Shown here: positions 18,351-28,189 of the stretch, in pieces
Layout of the letters: each line of letters starts with the position of its first letter
How positions within the stretch are numbered: the first letter of the stretch is position 1
Origin: Alphaproteobacteria bacterium
Lineage (GTDB): Bacteria; Pseudomonadota; Alphaproteobacteria; JAPYRI01
DNA: 64,000 nucleotides
Direction: 5' to 3'
Assembly (NCBI GenBank): GCA_029941135.1
Contig: JAPYRI010000004.1
Span: forward strand, 3,116 to 67,115
Position numbers and translations under genes: made by a program
Notes under the pieces: generated by a model
The model's input: only the letters and a program-made list of their open reading frames with translations
Told to the model about the DNA's origin: nothing
The model's database searches: none

Positions 18351-18370
18351 CCTCTAACAGGAGAAAACGG

Positions 18371-19162
18371 GTGGGCCGTTCAGATCAATATCCAAGTGTT
18401 CTGCAAACCGTGCCGGGACCGGGTGATTTTCGGGGTCCCCGCATGGTGCCAGGCATTCTGCCACTTGAAGTGCGGCGAGTGTCACTGGATATGGGTTCCC
18501 GGCGGCTTCTGGACGATCTTAATTTCACCGTGAAGTCGGGGTCATTCACCATCATCCTGGGGCCGAATGGCGCGGGTAAATCGCTTACTCTCCGATTATG
18601 TCACGGCCTATTGCGACCAACTGTCGGTGAAGTGCTATGGCGCGGCATCGCCGCACGTGAGGTGCCAAAACATCAAACCATGGTTTTTCAACGCCCGATG
18701 ATGCTGCGCCGATCGGTCACCGCAAACATCGAGTATGGTCTTCGGCTTCAGGGTATGGGGCGGCGGCAACGCCGGGAACGGATTGCTGAAGTGTTGAAAC
18801 TTGCCGGTCTGGAGGCCCTTGCCGGTCGCGCGGCGCGCTCCCTTTCTATTGGCGAGCAGCAACGGGTCGCCATTGCGCGCGCCTGGGCGCTCAGGCCGCA
18901 AGTGCTGTTCCTCGACGAGCCGGCGGCAAATTTAGACCCGTCCGCCACTCGCGCCATCGAAGGGGTGTTGAGGGCGGTGCACAATTCCGGCACCAAGATC
19001 GTTATGTCCACACATGATTTACCGCAAGCTAAGCGGCTGGCCGATGAAATCCTGTTTTTGCACCGGGGGCGCTTGTTGGAGCAATCATCGGCGGACACTT
19101 TTTTCGATAATCCAGTAACCACCGAAGCTCAGGCTTTTGTTGAAGGAGAACTTTTGTGGTGA
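18371..19162 (+). CDS. tupC: Tungstate ABC transporter ATP-binding protein (TupC-like)
   Basis: It has the Walker A motif GPNGAGKS, the signature LSIGEQQRVAIARA, and Walker B LFLDEP. A GTG start has an AGGAGA ribosome-binding site 6 nt upstream. Confidence 0.8.
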   Translation: MGRSDQYPSVLQTVPGPGDFRGPRMVPGILPLEVRRVSLDMGSRRLLDDLNFTVKSGSFTIILGPNGAGKSLTLRLCHGLLRPTVGEVLWRGIAAREVPKHQTMVFQRPMMLRRSVTANIEYGLRLQGMGRRQRRERIAEVLKLAGLEALAGRAARSLSIGEQQRVAIARAWALRPQVLFLDEPAANLDPSATRAIEGVLRAVHNSGTKIVMSTHDLPQAKRLADEILFLHRGRLLEQSSADTFFDNPVTTEAQAFVEGELLW

Positions 19163-19998
19163 AACTTAAAGTTTGGCCAATGCTGGCCGCGGCAACGGTG
19201 TTGGTCGCTGCAATAGAGCTGAGTACGGGTATTCATATAGCGCATGCGGAAGACCGTTTTATTTTGATGGCGAGTACCACGTCCACACAGAATTCAGGAT
19301 TGTTCGACCATCTGCTGCCAAGATTTACCGCCAAAACCGGTATCCAAGTGCGTGTAGTTGCCGTGGGAACCGGGCAAGCACTTAAAATCGGCCAGCGTGG
19401 AGACGCCGACCTCCTTTTGGTTCATGACCCGGTATCGGAAATGATGTTTGTCAGGGACGGATACGGCATTGATCGCCGGGACGTGATGTATAATGATTTT
19501 GTCTTGATTGGTCCGAGCAATGACCCGGCTGGCGCCACCAAGGCGAAAAACATCAATGCGGCGTTCAGAAATATTGCCAAATCCGGCGCGTCGTTCGTTT
19601 CGCGGGGTGATAAAAGCGGCACCCACAATGCTGAACAGCGCATTTGGATCGATGTGGGTATCAATGCTGTAAAACATTCCGGCGGCTGGTATCGTGAAGT
19701 GGGTGCGGGAATGGGGGCGACCCTCAACACTACATCTGTGATGGGCGCCTACACATTGACTGATCGCGCGACTTGGCTGTCGTTCGGCAATAAAGGCGAG
19801 CTCCGCATTGTTCACCAGGGCGACGAACAACTTTTTAACCCCTACGGCGTGATGCTTATTAGCCCAAAGCGCTTTCCCCATGTGAAATCGGCGGCGGCGC
19901 GCGTCTTTATGAACTGGTTGACGTCCGATGAGGGGCAGGGCGCCATTGCCGAGTTTCGTATCGATGGCCAGCAGGTATTTTTCCCGAACACGAAGTAG
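19156..19998 (+). CDS. tupA: Tungstate ABC transporter substrate-binding protein (TupA-like)
   Basis: There is a signal peptide, followed by LMASTTSTQNSGLFDHLLPRF...VAVGTGQALKIGQRGDADLLLVHDP. The TTTS/TST anion-binding motif is typical of TupA/WtpA-type tungstate binding proteins. Confidence 0.75.
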   Translation: MVKLKVWPMLAAATVLVAAIELSTGIHIAHAEDRFILMASTTSTQNSGLFDHLLPRFTAKTGIQVRVVAVGTGQALKIGQRGDADLLLVHDPVSEMMFVRDGYGIDRRDVMYNDFVLIGPSNDPAGATKAKNINAAFRNIAKSGASFVSRGDKSGTHNAEQRIWIDVGINAVKHSGGWYREVGAGMGATLNTTSVMGAYTLTDRATWLSFGNKGELRIVHQGDEQLFNPYGVMLISPKRFPHVKSAAARVFMNWLTSDEGQGAIAEFRIDGQQVFFPNTK

Positions 19999-20017
19999 TG
20001 CGCCGCGCGTTAATTCT

Positions 20018-21223
20018 TCAAAACGGATTCTGCGTTTCAAGCCCCAGGGCGAGACGGCCGTGCTGCTCTGTGATGCGATCGATGTGGGCCAAAATATGAA
20101 GCGGCATGGCTTGCAAGTCCCGGTATCGCCGCTCGAAATTTGTGCTTTCGCGCAATCCACTGCCACCTAGAATGAGCAAGATCAATTTCATCGCTTCGCC
20201 GCATAGGTTTATGGCCTGCATACCGGCGGATGCCTGGCGGAAATAGTCGCCTTCGGTTGGCGGAACGTTTGCCTCAATGCGCGCGTCGGTTTCACTTAAT
20301 GCCGCGTAAACCGTATCGGTCGCCGCACTGATCAACGCGCGTGCTTTGCCAATGTTCACGTGAACGGTTGGGCGTTCAGCTACTTTGGTGCCAAAAATGG
20401 CAACTCGTTCCTTAATCCCTTCCGCCATCTCATTTAAAGAGGTTTCTGCAACGCCGGACGCCATCGCGCCCAACCACATCACAGCAGTAACCGCCCAATC
20501 TTCCCGGTAGCGCGGGTGAATGACGGGGTAATCGGGATTCCGGTAAAAGTCCCGATCCTTAAAACGCCACGGCACAACATGGGCCGCCGATATGACGGTG
20601 CCGTCAAAGTAAATATGGTCGGTCGCTGACGCGCGGACGCTCATGGCGTTCCAAGTTGGGTCGATGCGAACGCTTGGGTCGGTCAGCTTTACGACGGCAA
20701 AGTCGGGCGACCCTTGTTCGGCATTAAACGTAAAGCCCGTCCAGTCCGCGTATCGGCTGCCCGAGCCAAAAGCCGTGACGCCGGTAATCTCAACACTGCC
20801 ATCCTTATAAATCCCGTCAACATCTGTACCGGCACCTGCACCTTGGCAAACCCACTCGTGCTTCGATGTTACCTCAGCGAGAAAATCCTGATGTTTCGGC
20901 CCGAACAGGGCGCAGAAATGATGAAAGAGGGCCAGGTGATTCCACACTGCCCAGGCGGTCGATGTACACCGGGGCGCGATCGCGCGAAGTTCGTTTGCGG
21001 TCGCCACATGACTTCCGTTTAAGCCTGAGAGTTCGGGGCTGGCAGAAAAGCGCATGATGTCGTTGCGCTTAATCGCTTTTATAAGATCTGCCGAAATTGT
21101 CCGGCTGCGATCCGCTTCCTCGGCCTGGGCGGCAATATCGTTGAGCAAGGGTAGGATAATGACCGCGTCGCTGTAGGCCCGGCCATGAGACGAATAGAGA
21201 CTTTCTCCAACCATGTGATGCAC
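20018..21223 (-). CDS. Acyl-CoA dehydrogenase-fold flavoprotein (SfnB/DszC-like 'ACAD type 2' family, possible flavin-dependent monooxygenase)
   Basis: The 401-aa protein has an ACAD-like N-terminal helical domain and a C-terminal four-helix domain (...FRQASAGMQAINLCGEAMKLIL...). It is the last gene of the Mrp-like operon, separated by a 39-nt gap. Confidence 0.6.
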   Translation of the reverse strand: MHHMVGESLYSSHGRAYSDAVIILPLLNDIAAQAEEADRSRTISADLIKAIKRNDIMRFSASPELSGLNGSHVATANELRAIAPRCTSTAWAVWNHLALFHHFCALFGPKHQDFLAEVTSKHEWVCQGAGAGTDVDGIYKDGSVEITGVTAFGSGSRYADWTGFTFNAEQGSPDFAVVKLTDPSVRIDPTWNAMSVRASATDHIYFDGTVISAAHVVPWRFKDRDFYRNPDYPVIHPRYREDWAVTAVMWLGAMASGVAETSLNEMAEGIKERVAIFGTKVAERPTVHVNIGKARALISAATDTVYAALSETDARIEANVPPTEGDYFRQASAGMQAINLCGEAMKLILLILGGSGLRESTNFERRYRDLQAMPLHILAHIDRITEQHGRLALGLETQNPF

Positions 21224-21262
21224 CCTTGATTTTTCTGCCGTCGGTTATTCTGGGAGGTAACC

Positions 21263-22951
21263 TTACAGGTAATAGAAAATCAAGTAAGCCGCCAACAGGA
21301 TCAATACCCACATTGCCATATCGCCGGTGTGCCAGGTGCGGGCCATAATCCCACCCGGTCCATGGGTGCGCGAAATGCTCCCGATGATGCCCTTCACGCT
21401 GCCGACCGCCGCATTGCGGATACTTTTGTCCAAAGGCCCGAAGGTCGCGAGGAACGTGCGTACAAAGCCGGGCATAACCTTCCGGTACAGCCACTCGGCA
21501 TCGATGTTTACCCCGGGCAGCTCCGGCGGATAGATTTGGGTGAGCTTCAATATTGTGAACGCCAAGGCCGAGAAGAACAGCAATTGGGTTTGCGTCAGCA
21601 CGTGGGCAGCGGTGTAGGGATCGTAGGTCACTTCCCACGGCAGTATGCTGTAGAGTACCCAGGGGTAGGAGCCGTTGAAGATGCAAATGACCGCGGCGAT
21701 GCCCATGGCAAGCAGCATGTTCCACGGCGGCTCTTTGGTGCGGATGCCGCTGTCGTGGGCGAAAAAGGCAAAGAACGGGATTTTGATGCCGGCGTGATGG
21801 AACACACCCGCAGAGGCAAATAAAAGGGCGAGCCACACGATCGGATAACCTTCGGCTATTGCCGCCGACATGACCATGGATTTGGATACAAAGCCCGAGA
21901 ACAGCGGGAATGCCGAGATGCTGGCCGCGCCCACAATGCAAAGCCCGGTAGTAATCGGCATGGACTTATAAAGACCCCCCAATTCCGAGCCGTTCATCTT
22001 GCCGGTCATATGAAGAACGGCACCCATGCACATGAACAACAGGCCCTTAAACACGACATCGTTGAAAGCATGACTAATTGCGCCATTCAACGCCAAAGTG
22101 GTGCCAATGCCGATACCGACGACCATGAAGCCAACTTGGTTAATCAGGCTGTAGGCGAGCACACGGCGCAAGTCGTTCTCGATCACGGCAAAAAAGATCG
22201 GGAACATGGCCATGGTCGCGCCGATGTAAATTAAAAGCTCGGTGCCGGGAAAAGCACGCGCGAGCGCATAAACCGCCACTTTGGTCGTGAACGCACTCAA
22301 GAAAACCGTGCCGGTGGGCGTGGCTTCCGGGTAAGCGTCGGTCAACCAATTGTGCAGCATCGGAAAGCAGCACTTGATGCCAATTGCGGTGAATATCAGC
22401 CAGCCACTCAGTCCTTCGAGTCCGATGAAATCAAACGCAATGCTGCCGGTCTCGTGAATGCGGACCAGCGCCCCGGCGAGTAAAATAACGCCCGACAACA
22501 CTTGCACGAGCAGGTATCGCATGGCGGCCCGCCCGGCGCGCGCGGTTTTGCGGGCCAGGATAAGGAACACCGAGCTTATCGCCAGCATTTCCCAAAACAG
22601 AAACAGTGTAATCAAATCGCCCGCGAACACCGCGCCCAAGGCACTGCCCGCATACAGCAATCCGGCCACGTGTTGTGTGGTGTCTTTCACATGCAGGGAA
22701 TAGACAACGCCCAAGAAAGCTGCCAGATGAAAGAGATAGCCGAAAAGGGTGCTGAGACGATCAACCCGCATAAACTCGAGCTGATAATCGAAGAGGGCAA
22801 AGGTGATGCCGGTGGCTTCCGGAAAGGTATAGAGATTGTAAGCGCCAACGATTGGCAATGCGATCATGATCGCGCCGCGCATCCAGCCGCGCGTGACCGC
22901 GACAAGCGCCGCCGCCACATAAAAAATCAGGAAAGGCGCGACGCTAGTCAT
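21263..22951 (-). CDS. NuoL/MrpA-like proton-pumping antiporter subunit (third antiporter-like subunit of the module)
   Basis: The 562-aa protein has about 14 TM helices and the Proton_antipo_M core (...LFLFWEMLAISS..., ...FNDVVFKGLLFMCMGAVLH...). Confidence 0.75.
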   Translation of the reverse strand: MTSVAPFLIFYVAAALVAVTRGWMRGAIMIALPIVGAYNLYTFPEATGITFALFDYQLEFMRVDRLSTLFGYLFHLAAFLGVVYSLHVKDTTQHVAGLLYAGSALGAVFAGDLITLFLFWEMLAISSVFLILARKTARAGRAAMRYLLVQVLSGVILLAGALVRIHETGSIAFDFIGLEGLSGWLIFTAIGIKCCFPMLHNWLTDAYPEATPTGTVFLSAFTTKVAVYALARAFPGTELLIYIGATMAMFPIFFAVIENDLRRVLAYSLINQVGFMVVGIGIGTTLALNGAISHAFNDVVFKGLLFMCMGAVLHMTGKMNGSELGGLYKSMPITTGLCIVGAASISAFPLFSGFVSKSMVMSAAIAEGYPIVWLALLFASAGVFHHAGIKIPFFAFFAHDSGIRTKEPPWNMLLAMGIAAVICIFNGSYPWVLYSILPWEVTYDPYTAAHVLTQTQLLFFSALAFTILKLTQIYPPELPGVNIDAEWLYRKVMPGFVRTFLATFGPLDKSIRNAAVGSVKGIIGSISRTHGPGGIMARTWHTGDMAMWVLILLAAYLIFYYL

Positions 22952-23210
22952 CGTAGTAGTCTTCCTTGCGCATGATCAGTTTGCGCAGCTCCTTCGCACC
23001 CACCACCAACAATACACAGGCGACAAAACCATAGACGCCGTGAAACCCGAACAATTCTTCCCACGGGTGGTCGATGTGCCGGTGGATGAAAGCGTCGGCG
23101 GCAAAAGTGATCGCGCACAGGGCATACAGCACATATATGACCCGCTTTATGTTGCGCGGATTGTCGAACATGTGAGTCTTTTCAGGTGGTGTATTTTCTG
23201 GATCAACCAT
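22944..23210 (-). CDS. Small single-TM membrane protein inside the Mrp-like operon
   Basis: The 88-aa protein has a hydrophobic core VIYVLYALCAITFAADAFI...GFVACVLLVVGA. It is translationally coupled to its neighbours (8-nt overlap downstream, 5-nt gap upstream). Confidence 0.4.
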   Translation of the reverse strand: MVDPENTPPEKTHMFDNPRNIKRVIYVLYALCAITFAADAFIHRHIDHPWEELFGFHGVYGFVACVLLVVGAKELRKLIMRKEDYYDD

Positions 23211-23214
23211 TGGG

Positions 23215-24678
23215 TCAGGGCCCCGTTATGGGTTGCAACAGGTTGTAAACCGCGTCCGGAAATAGGAACAGGACGATGCAGCCAACGGAGGTTATACCGA
23301 TGGCGATCAAACAGGCGGTCGGTGCCTCCTTGATGCCGGCGGTCTCAGTGTCACCGTTGGGAGTGCTGAAAAAAGCGCGGAATGGAATGGGTAGTAAATA
23401 GGCTATGTTCAGGACTGAACTAAGCATGAGCACCACCACCAGCCAGACTTGCTGTGCATCCAGGGCGCCGAGCACCAGATACCATTTGCTCCACAAACCA
23501 CCCATGGGTGGCAGGCCAATAATGCTCAGACTGCCAATAAAAAATGCGGCCATGGTGTAGGGCATGGCGCGCCCCAATCCCCGCATTTGACTGATTTCAC
23601 TTTTGTGGGATGCGACCATAATGGCGCCCGCACAAAAGAACAGGGTGATCTTACCGAACGCGTGCATGGCAATGTGCATGCCACTGCCAACAATGGCCAG
23701 GGGGGTGACCAGCATGGCGCCCAACACCACGTACCCCAATTGGCTGATGGTCGAATAGGCGAGCCGAGCCTTCAAGTTGTCCTTGGTCATGGCAACAAGT
23801 GAGCCCAAAACGATGGTGGCCGCCGCAGCGATCTGCAGCCACTGCGTCACATCCAGATTTCGCAAGAAATCGATGCCGAAAATATAGACGGTGACTTTGA
23901 GCACGGTGAACACACCGGCTTTGACCACCGCCACCGCGTGCAACAGAGCGCTGACCGGTGTGGGCGCCACCATGGCCGCGGGTAGCCAGCGGTGAAACGG
24001 CATGACCGCCGCTTTGCCGATGCCGAACACGTACATGGCAAGCAGGATGCCAACCGCCGGGCCGGTGATGTTGCCATCCAATATGCCACCCTCTTGAAAC
24101 TCCAAAGTACCGGCGATGGCCCAGGTGGCGATCATCGCCAGCAATTGCAATCCAATTGAGGTGCCCAGCAGAATGCCGAGGTAAACCCGGCCCGCACGCT
24201 TGGCTTCGTCGGTGCCCGCGTGGGTCACCAGAGGAAAAGTGCTAAGGGTGAGAATCTCATAAAAAATGAAGAGGGTGAGCATGTTACCGGCGAAGGCGAC
24301 GCCCATGGTTGCGGCAATGGCAATGGCGAAAAACGCGTAGAAACGAGTTTGGTTTTCTTCGTGGTGTCCGCGCATATAGCCGATCGCGTATATCGTCGTC
24401 ACAATCCACAGAAAGCTCGCGATGAGCGCAAACATCATCCCCAGTGGTTCAACCTCAAACGAGATACTGAGGCCGGGCAACATTTCAAACAGGGTGACAG
24501 ATGGCAGTTCTCCGGCGGTCACAACCGGATATAGGGTGGCGACAGTCGCGAACAACGCACCTGCGGTAATGAGGGTGACGGTTTCGCGTAGATTAGGGCG
24601 GACGCCGAAGAGCGCAATGAGGCCGGCACCGGCAAGCGGTATAGACAGCGACAGCAGGATGGCGTCGTGCGCGGTCAT
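23215..24678 (-). CDS. MrpD/NuoN-M-like antiporter subunit (copy 2)
   Basis: The 487-aa protein has Proton_antipo_M motifs (...FIFYEILTLSTFPLV..., ...HAVAVVKAGVFTVLKV...). Confidence 0.8.
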   Translation of the reverse strand: MTAHDAILLSLSIPLAGAGLIALFGVRPNLRETVTLITAGALFATVATLYPVVTAGELPSVTLFEMLPGLSISFEVEPLGMMFALIASFLWIVTTIYAIGYMRGHHEENQTRFYAFFAIAIAATMGVAFAGNMLTLFIFYEILTLSTFPLVTHAGTDEAKRAGRVYLGILLGTSIGLQLLAMIATWAIAGTLEFQEGGILDGNITGPAVGILLAMYVFGIGKAAVMPFHRWLPAAMVAPTPVSALLHAVAVVKAGVFTVLKVTVYIFGIDFLRNLDVTQWLQIAAAATIVLGSLVAMTKDNLKARLAYSTISQLGYVVLGAMLVTPLAIVGSGMHIAMHAFGKITLFFCAGAIMVASHKSEISQMRGLGRAMPYTMAAFFIGSLSIIGLPPMGGLWSKWYLVLGALDAQQVWLVVVLMLSSVLNIAYLLPIPFRAFFSTPNGDTETAGIKEAPTACLIAIGITSVGCIVLFLFPDAVYNLLQPITGP

Positions 24679-26177
24679 CCGCCGTTCCCCATAAGGTGAG
24701 CGGCAGCCGATCCAGCGACCTCAAGCGTATAGGTGGCGTCAACGCCGAAATAAAGGCTAGCGCCGATCAGCAACCATGTGGGGATCAGGTAGCTGAGCGG
24801 TGCTTCTTCAATTTTTCTGCCCTCGAGCGCGGGCTGGAAGTACGCGACCTCGACCACCCGCCATATGTAGATAACAGCCAGCAGCGAGCTCGCAAGAATG
24901 AGGAAAGCAATCGGCCACCTGCCGTCTTCTAAAGCGGCCAAAATCAAGTACCACTTGCTAATAAACCCAACTGTCGTGGGCACGCCAATAAGACTGAACC
25001 CGCCAACAACGAAGGCCGCCATTGTGAGCGGCATTTGACGGCCTAGTCCGGCCATATTTTGTAGACTAACTCCCCCGGTGCGCAGGAGGACAGCACCCAG
25101 GGCCATGAACAGGCCTCCCTTGGTCACCGCATGATTGAACAAGTGAATGACAGTGGCGGTGACCCCGGTGATGCTGGCGAAACTCAAGCCCAGCACCATA
25201 TATCCCAATTGGGCGACACTCGAATAGGCCAGCATACGTTTTATGTTGGTTTGGAATATGGCGACCAGCGACGGGATAAACATAGCGATCACCGCGAGGG
25301 GCAACAGGAAGCCGTTGAGAGTCAACTCCTCGAACAGATAATCGGTGCCGAACACCGTGAACAGGAAACGCAACAGGACGTAAACCGCTACCTTGGTTGC
25401 GGTCGCGGCCAGAAAAGCGGTCACCGCCGACGGGGCGTATGTATACGCGTTGGGCAGCCACAAATGGAGCGGGAACAAGGCAAGTTTGAGACTTAAACCG
25501 ACCATGATGAAGGCGAAGCCCGCAAGGACGGTGGTATTGTCTGCAAGGGGCGCCAGACGCACTGCCAAGTCGGCCATATTCAGGGTGCCGGTGACCATAT
25601 AGAGGAGACCGATGCCGATCACGTAGAAGGTTGCGCCGATGGTGCCCATGACCAGATAGGTAAAAGCAGCGGTTAATGCCCGCCGGTCCCGGCCCGCGCC
25701 CAAGCTGATCAGCACGTAGGAAGACAGCGAAGAGATTTCGAGAAAGACGAACAAATTGAAGGCGTCGCCAGTGGCCGTGACCCCAAGTAGTCCGGTCAGG
25801 CACAACAGATATAAAGTGTAGTAGTGCGGCTGTTGGTCACCACCGATTTCTGCCCGAACACTGCCGTGGGCGTACCACATGACCACGGCGGCGATGGCCG
25901 AGACAATAACCAGGACGAAGGCGTTGAGCCGGTCGATGCGAAACTCAATACCCCAAGGGGAGGCCCAGCCCCCCATTTCATAGGCAATTGGGCCGTTGGC
26001 CATCACTTGGCCAAGGATCGCCACAGCCAGTGCCAAACAAACAACACTGACGGCGGCAGCAAAAATCCAAGCGAGGCTCTCGCGCCGCAATAGCGAACAC
26101 AATGGTGCCGCGATAAGCGGAACCACAATCAACAAAACTGCCAGGTGAGCCTCGACGACAGCAGGAAATAGTGTCAT
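24675..26177 (-). CDS. MrpD/NuoN-M-like antiporter subunit (copy 1)
   Basis: The 500-aa protein has the motifs ...FVFLEISSLSSYVLISL..., ...HLFNHAVTKGGLFMALGAV... Confidence 0.8.
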   Translation of the reverse strand: MTLFPAVVEAHLAVLLIVVPLIAAPLCSLLRRESLAWIFAAAVSVVCLALAVAILGQVMANGPIAYEMGGWASPWGIEFRIDRLNAFVLVIVSAIAAVVMWYAHGSVRAEIGGDQQPHYYTLYLLCLTGLLGVTATGDAFNLFVFLEISSLSSYVLISLGAGRDRRALTAAFTYLVMGTIGATFYVIGIGLLYMVTGTLNMADLAVRLAPLADNTTVLAGFAFIMVGLSLKLALFPLHLWLPNAYTYAPSAVTAFLAATATKVAVYVLLRFLFTVFGTDYLFEELTLNGFLLPLAVIAMFIPSLVAIFQTNIKRMLAYSSVAQLGYMVLGLSFASITGVTATVIHLFNHAVTKGGLFMALGAVLLRTGGVSLQNMAGLGRQMPLTMAAFVVGGFSLIGVPTTVGFISKWYLILAALEDGRWPIAFLILASSLLAVIYIWRVVEVAYFQPALEGRKIEEAPLSYLIPTWLLIGASLYFGVDATYTLEVAGSAAAHLMGNGG

Positions 26178-26530
26178 GCGTCCCCATCCTGCCGATAGAT
26201 TTCGTCTTCTTCGATGGATCCGTAGGCTTCATTAATGCGCACGATTAGCGCGCCCGCCAGAGCCGTGGTCGCAACCCCAACAACAATCGCGGTCAGAATA
26301 AGGACATGGGGCAAAGGGTTCGAGTAGACCGTAAAGCGATCATCCAGAATGGGGGCGGTACCGCCGATAATTTTGCCCATGGAAATATATAGGAGGAACA
26401 CTGAGACCTGAAAAATGCTAAGGCCAACCACTTTTTTGACCAGGTTCGATCCTGAAATGACAATATAAAATCCAATCATCATCAGCACGACGACGACTAA
26501 ATAATTGAAATGTGACATCACCTCGGTCAT
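26174..26530 (-). CDS. MrpC/MnhC (NuoK-like) subunit
   Basis: The 118-aa protein has three TM helices, with ...LSIFQVSVFLLYISMG... Confidence 0.75.
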   Translation of the reverse strand: MTEVMSHFNYLVVVVLMMIGFYIVISGSNLVKKVVGLSIFQVSVFLLYISMGKIIGGTAPILDDRFTVYSNPLPHVLILTAIVVGVATTALAGALIVRINEAYGSIEEDEIYRQDGDA

Positions 26531-27525
26531 GTCTTTTTCCGGGTTCGCCGGGCAAAACTGAAAAACAATGTGATCATGACCGCTGCGACGGTTGTCCCAA
26601 CCCCAAACTCAATCAACAAAATACCCAGGTGTTGGCCGTGGGTTGGCTCATGTGCAAGGACGCTATAGTCCAGGTAATTGCCGCCCATCAAGAGGCTGGC
26701 AACCCCGACCCCCGCATACAACAACACACCGGCGGCGATCAAAAATCTGGTTACACCTTCTGGCACCACCGCCACTGCATTCTTAATGCCAAAGACCAAT
26801 CCATAGAGAATGAATGCCGCAGCAAATATCACGCCGGCCTGAAAACCGCCGCCGGGTCCGAAATCGCCGTGAAATTGAACATATAGGGCAAACAGCATTA
26901 TGAACGGGATCAGAAGTTTGGCTGTCACCCGGAGGACCGAGTGATGACGCATGTTGCCTTCGCCAGGTAATGGGAGTTCCTCAACTGAGCCGTCTTGCGC
27001 CGTGCGGCGTCGAAGACCGAGCAGCACCATGACGCCAATGCCGGCGGTAAAAATGACGGTCACTTCACCCAGGGTGTCAAATCCCCGATAACTCGCAAGA
27101 ATCGACGTCACAATGTTAGGAAGGCCAACTTCCGCCCCGGATTTTTCAATGTAGCGGTCGGCAACATGGCCGTGGATGGGCGCATCAGCAGCGCCAAACT
27201 CAGGCATCCCGAGGGCACTGAAGATTAAGACCGAGCCCGCCAGCATCACTAGAACAATGGGAAAAATAGGAGTGCTGAAAGTAATTCGCTCCCGGCTGTT
27301 GGTGAGTGACAGCACTCCCAGCATGAGGATCGTGCTGATCCCCGCGCCAACCGCAGCTTCGGTAAAGGCTACATCTACCGCGTCCAGCAAAACGAACATA
27401 CCCGCTGACAGCAAGCTGAACACACTGCCCAGCATGACCACGGCGAACAAATTGTGCTGCCGCACAATGGTCAGGGCGGTGACACACATGAACAAAAGCA
27501 AAAGTGTGTTTACGGCCTCGGTCAT
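26527..27525 (-). CDS. Fused MrpA-C-terminal (MbhD/E-like) plus MrpB/MnhB subunit
   Basis: The 332-aa protein has an N-terminal DUF4040/MnhB-like domain, and the C-terminal domain has the MnhB signature ...GGGFQAGVIFAAAFIL... Confidence 0.7.
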   Translation of the reverse strand: MTEAVNTLLLLFMCVTALTIVRQHNLFAVVMLGSVFSLLSAGMFVLLDAVDVAFTEAAVGAGISTILMLGVLSLTNSRERITFSTPIFPIVLVMLAGSVLIFSALGMPEFGAADAPIHGHVADRYIEKSGAEVGLPNIVTSILASYRGFDTLGEVTVIFTAGIGVMVLLGLRRRTAQDGSVEELPLPGEGNMRHHSVLRVTAKLLIPFIMLFALYVQFHGDFGPGGGFQAGVIFAAAFILYGLVFGIKNAVAVVPEGVTRFLIAAGVLLYAGVGVASLLMGGNYLDYSVLAHEPTHGQHLGILLIEFGVGTTVAAVMITLFFSFARRTRKKT

Positions 27526-27869
27526 GAACGAGCCCCGCTATTGGACGAGGCTTTGTTTTTGAGATCACTGTCAAGCATCGGCCGTAGGCCACTGCTGTGG
27601 GCTGCATTTGCCACAGCGTTACTAGATGCCGGGCTGGTGATAATGAGAAAGATAAAAATCAAAACCAGTTTGACCGTGATCAGGGTGAACCCCTCATGCA
27701 CCGCGAGGCCAAACAAAATCAGTCCGGCGCCCATGGTGTCGGTAATGCCCGCGCCGTGAAGACGGGTGTAGACATCCGGCAGGCGGAGAACGCCAATGCC
27801 GCCGATGACTGCAAAAAGGCTTCCTGTCAGCAATGACGCCCAGACGATGATGCTGTTCGCCACTTCCAC
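27522..27869 (-). CDS. MrpG/MnhG subunit
   Basis: ...GGIGVLRLPDVYTRLHGAGITDTMGAGLILFGLA... is typical of MnhG/PhaG. Confidence 0.75.
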   Translation of the reverse strand: MEVANSIIVWASLLTGSLFAVIGGIGVLRLPDVYTRLHGAGITDTMGAGLILFGLAVHEGFTLITVKLVLIFIFLIITSPASSNAVANAAHSSGLRPMLDSDLKNKASSNSGARS

Positions 27870-28189
27870 TACTGGGGCCCCCCGTCAGACAAGTTGGACT
27901 TATCGTCCACGTCTTGAGTGTCCATTTCGTGAGTGTCGCCGAAACCGCCGTAACGTAGGAACTTGAGCACAGCGATGGTGCCGATGAAATTGATAAGCGC
28001 ATATACAAGTGCGATATCTAAAAAATCCGGACGCCCGATCAAATACCCAAGCACGGCGATAAGCAGCACAGTTTTGGTGCCGAACATGTTGACCGCCAAT
28101 ACGCGGTCGTAAATAGTTGGCCCGATGCACATACGCGCTATGGCGAGCGACATGGTGAGCAATATGGCGATGGTGGTGGCAGTGAACAT
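27869..28189 (-). CDS. MrpF/MnhF subunit
   Basis: ...IYDRVLAVNMFGTKTVLLIAVLGYL... is typical of MnhF/PhaF. Confidence 0.7.
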   Translation of the reverse strand: MFTATTIAILLTMSLAIARMCIGPTIYDRVLAVNMFGTKTVLLIAVLGYLIGRPDFLDIALVYALINFIGTIAVLKFLRYGGFGDTHEMDTQDVDDKSNLSDGGPQ

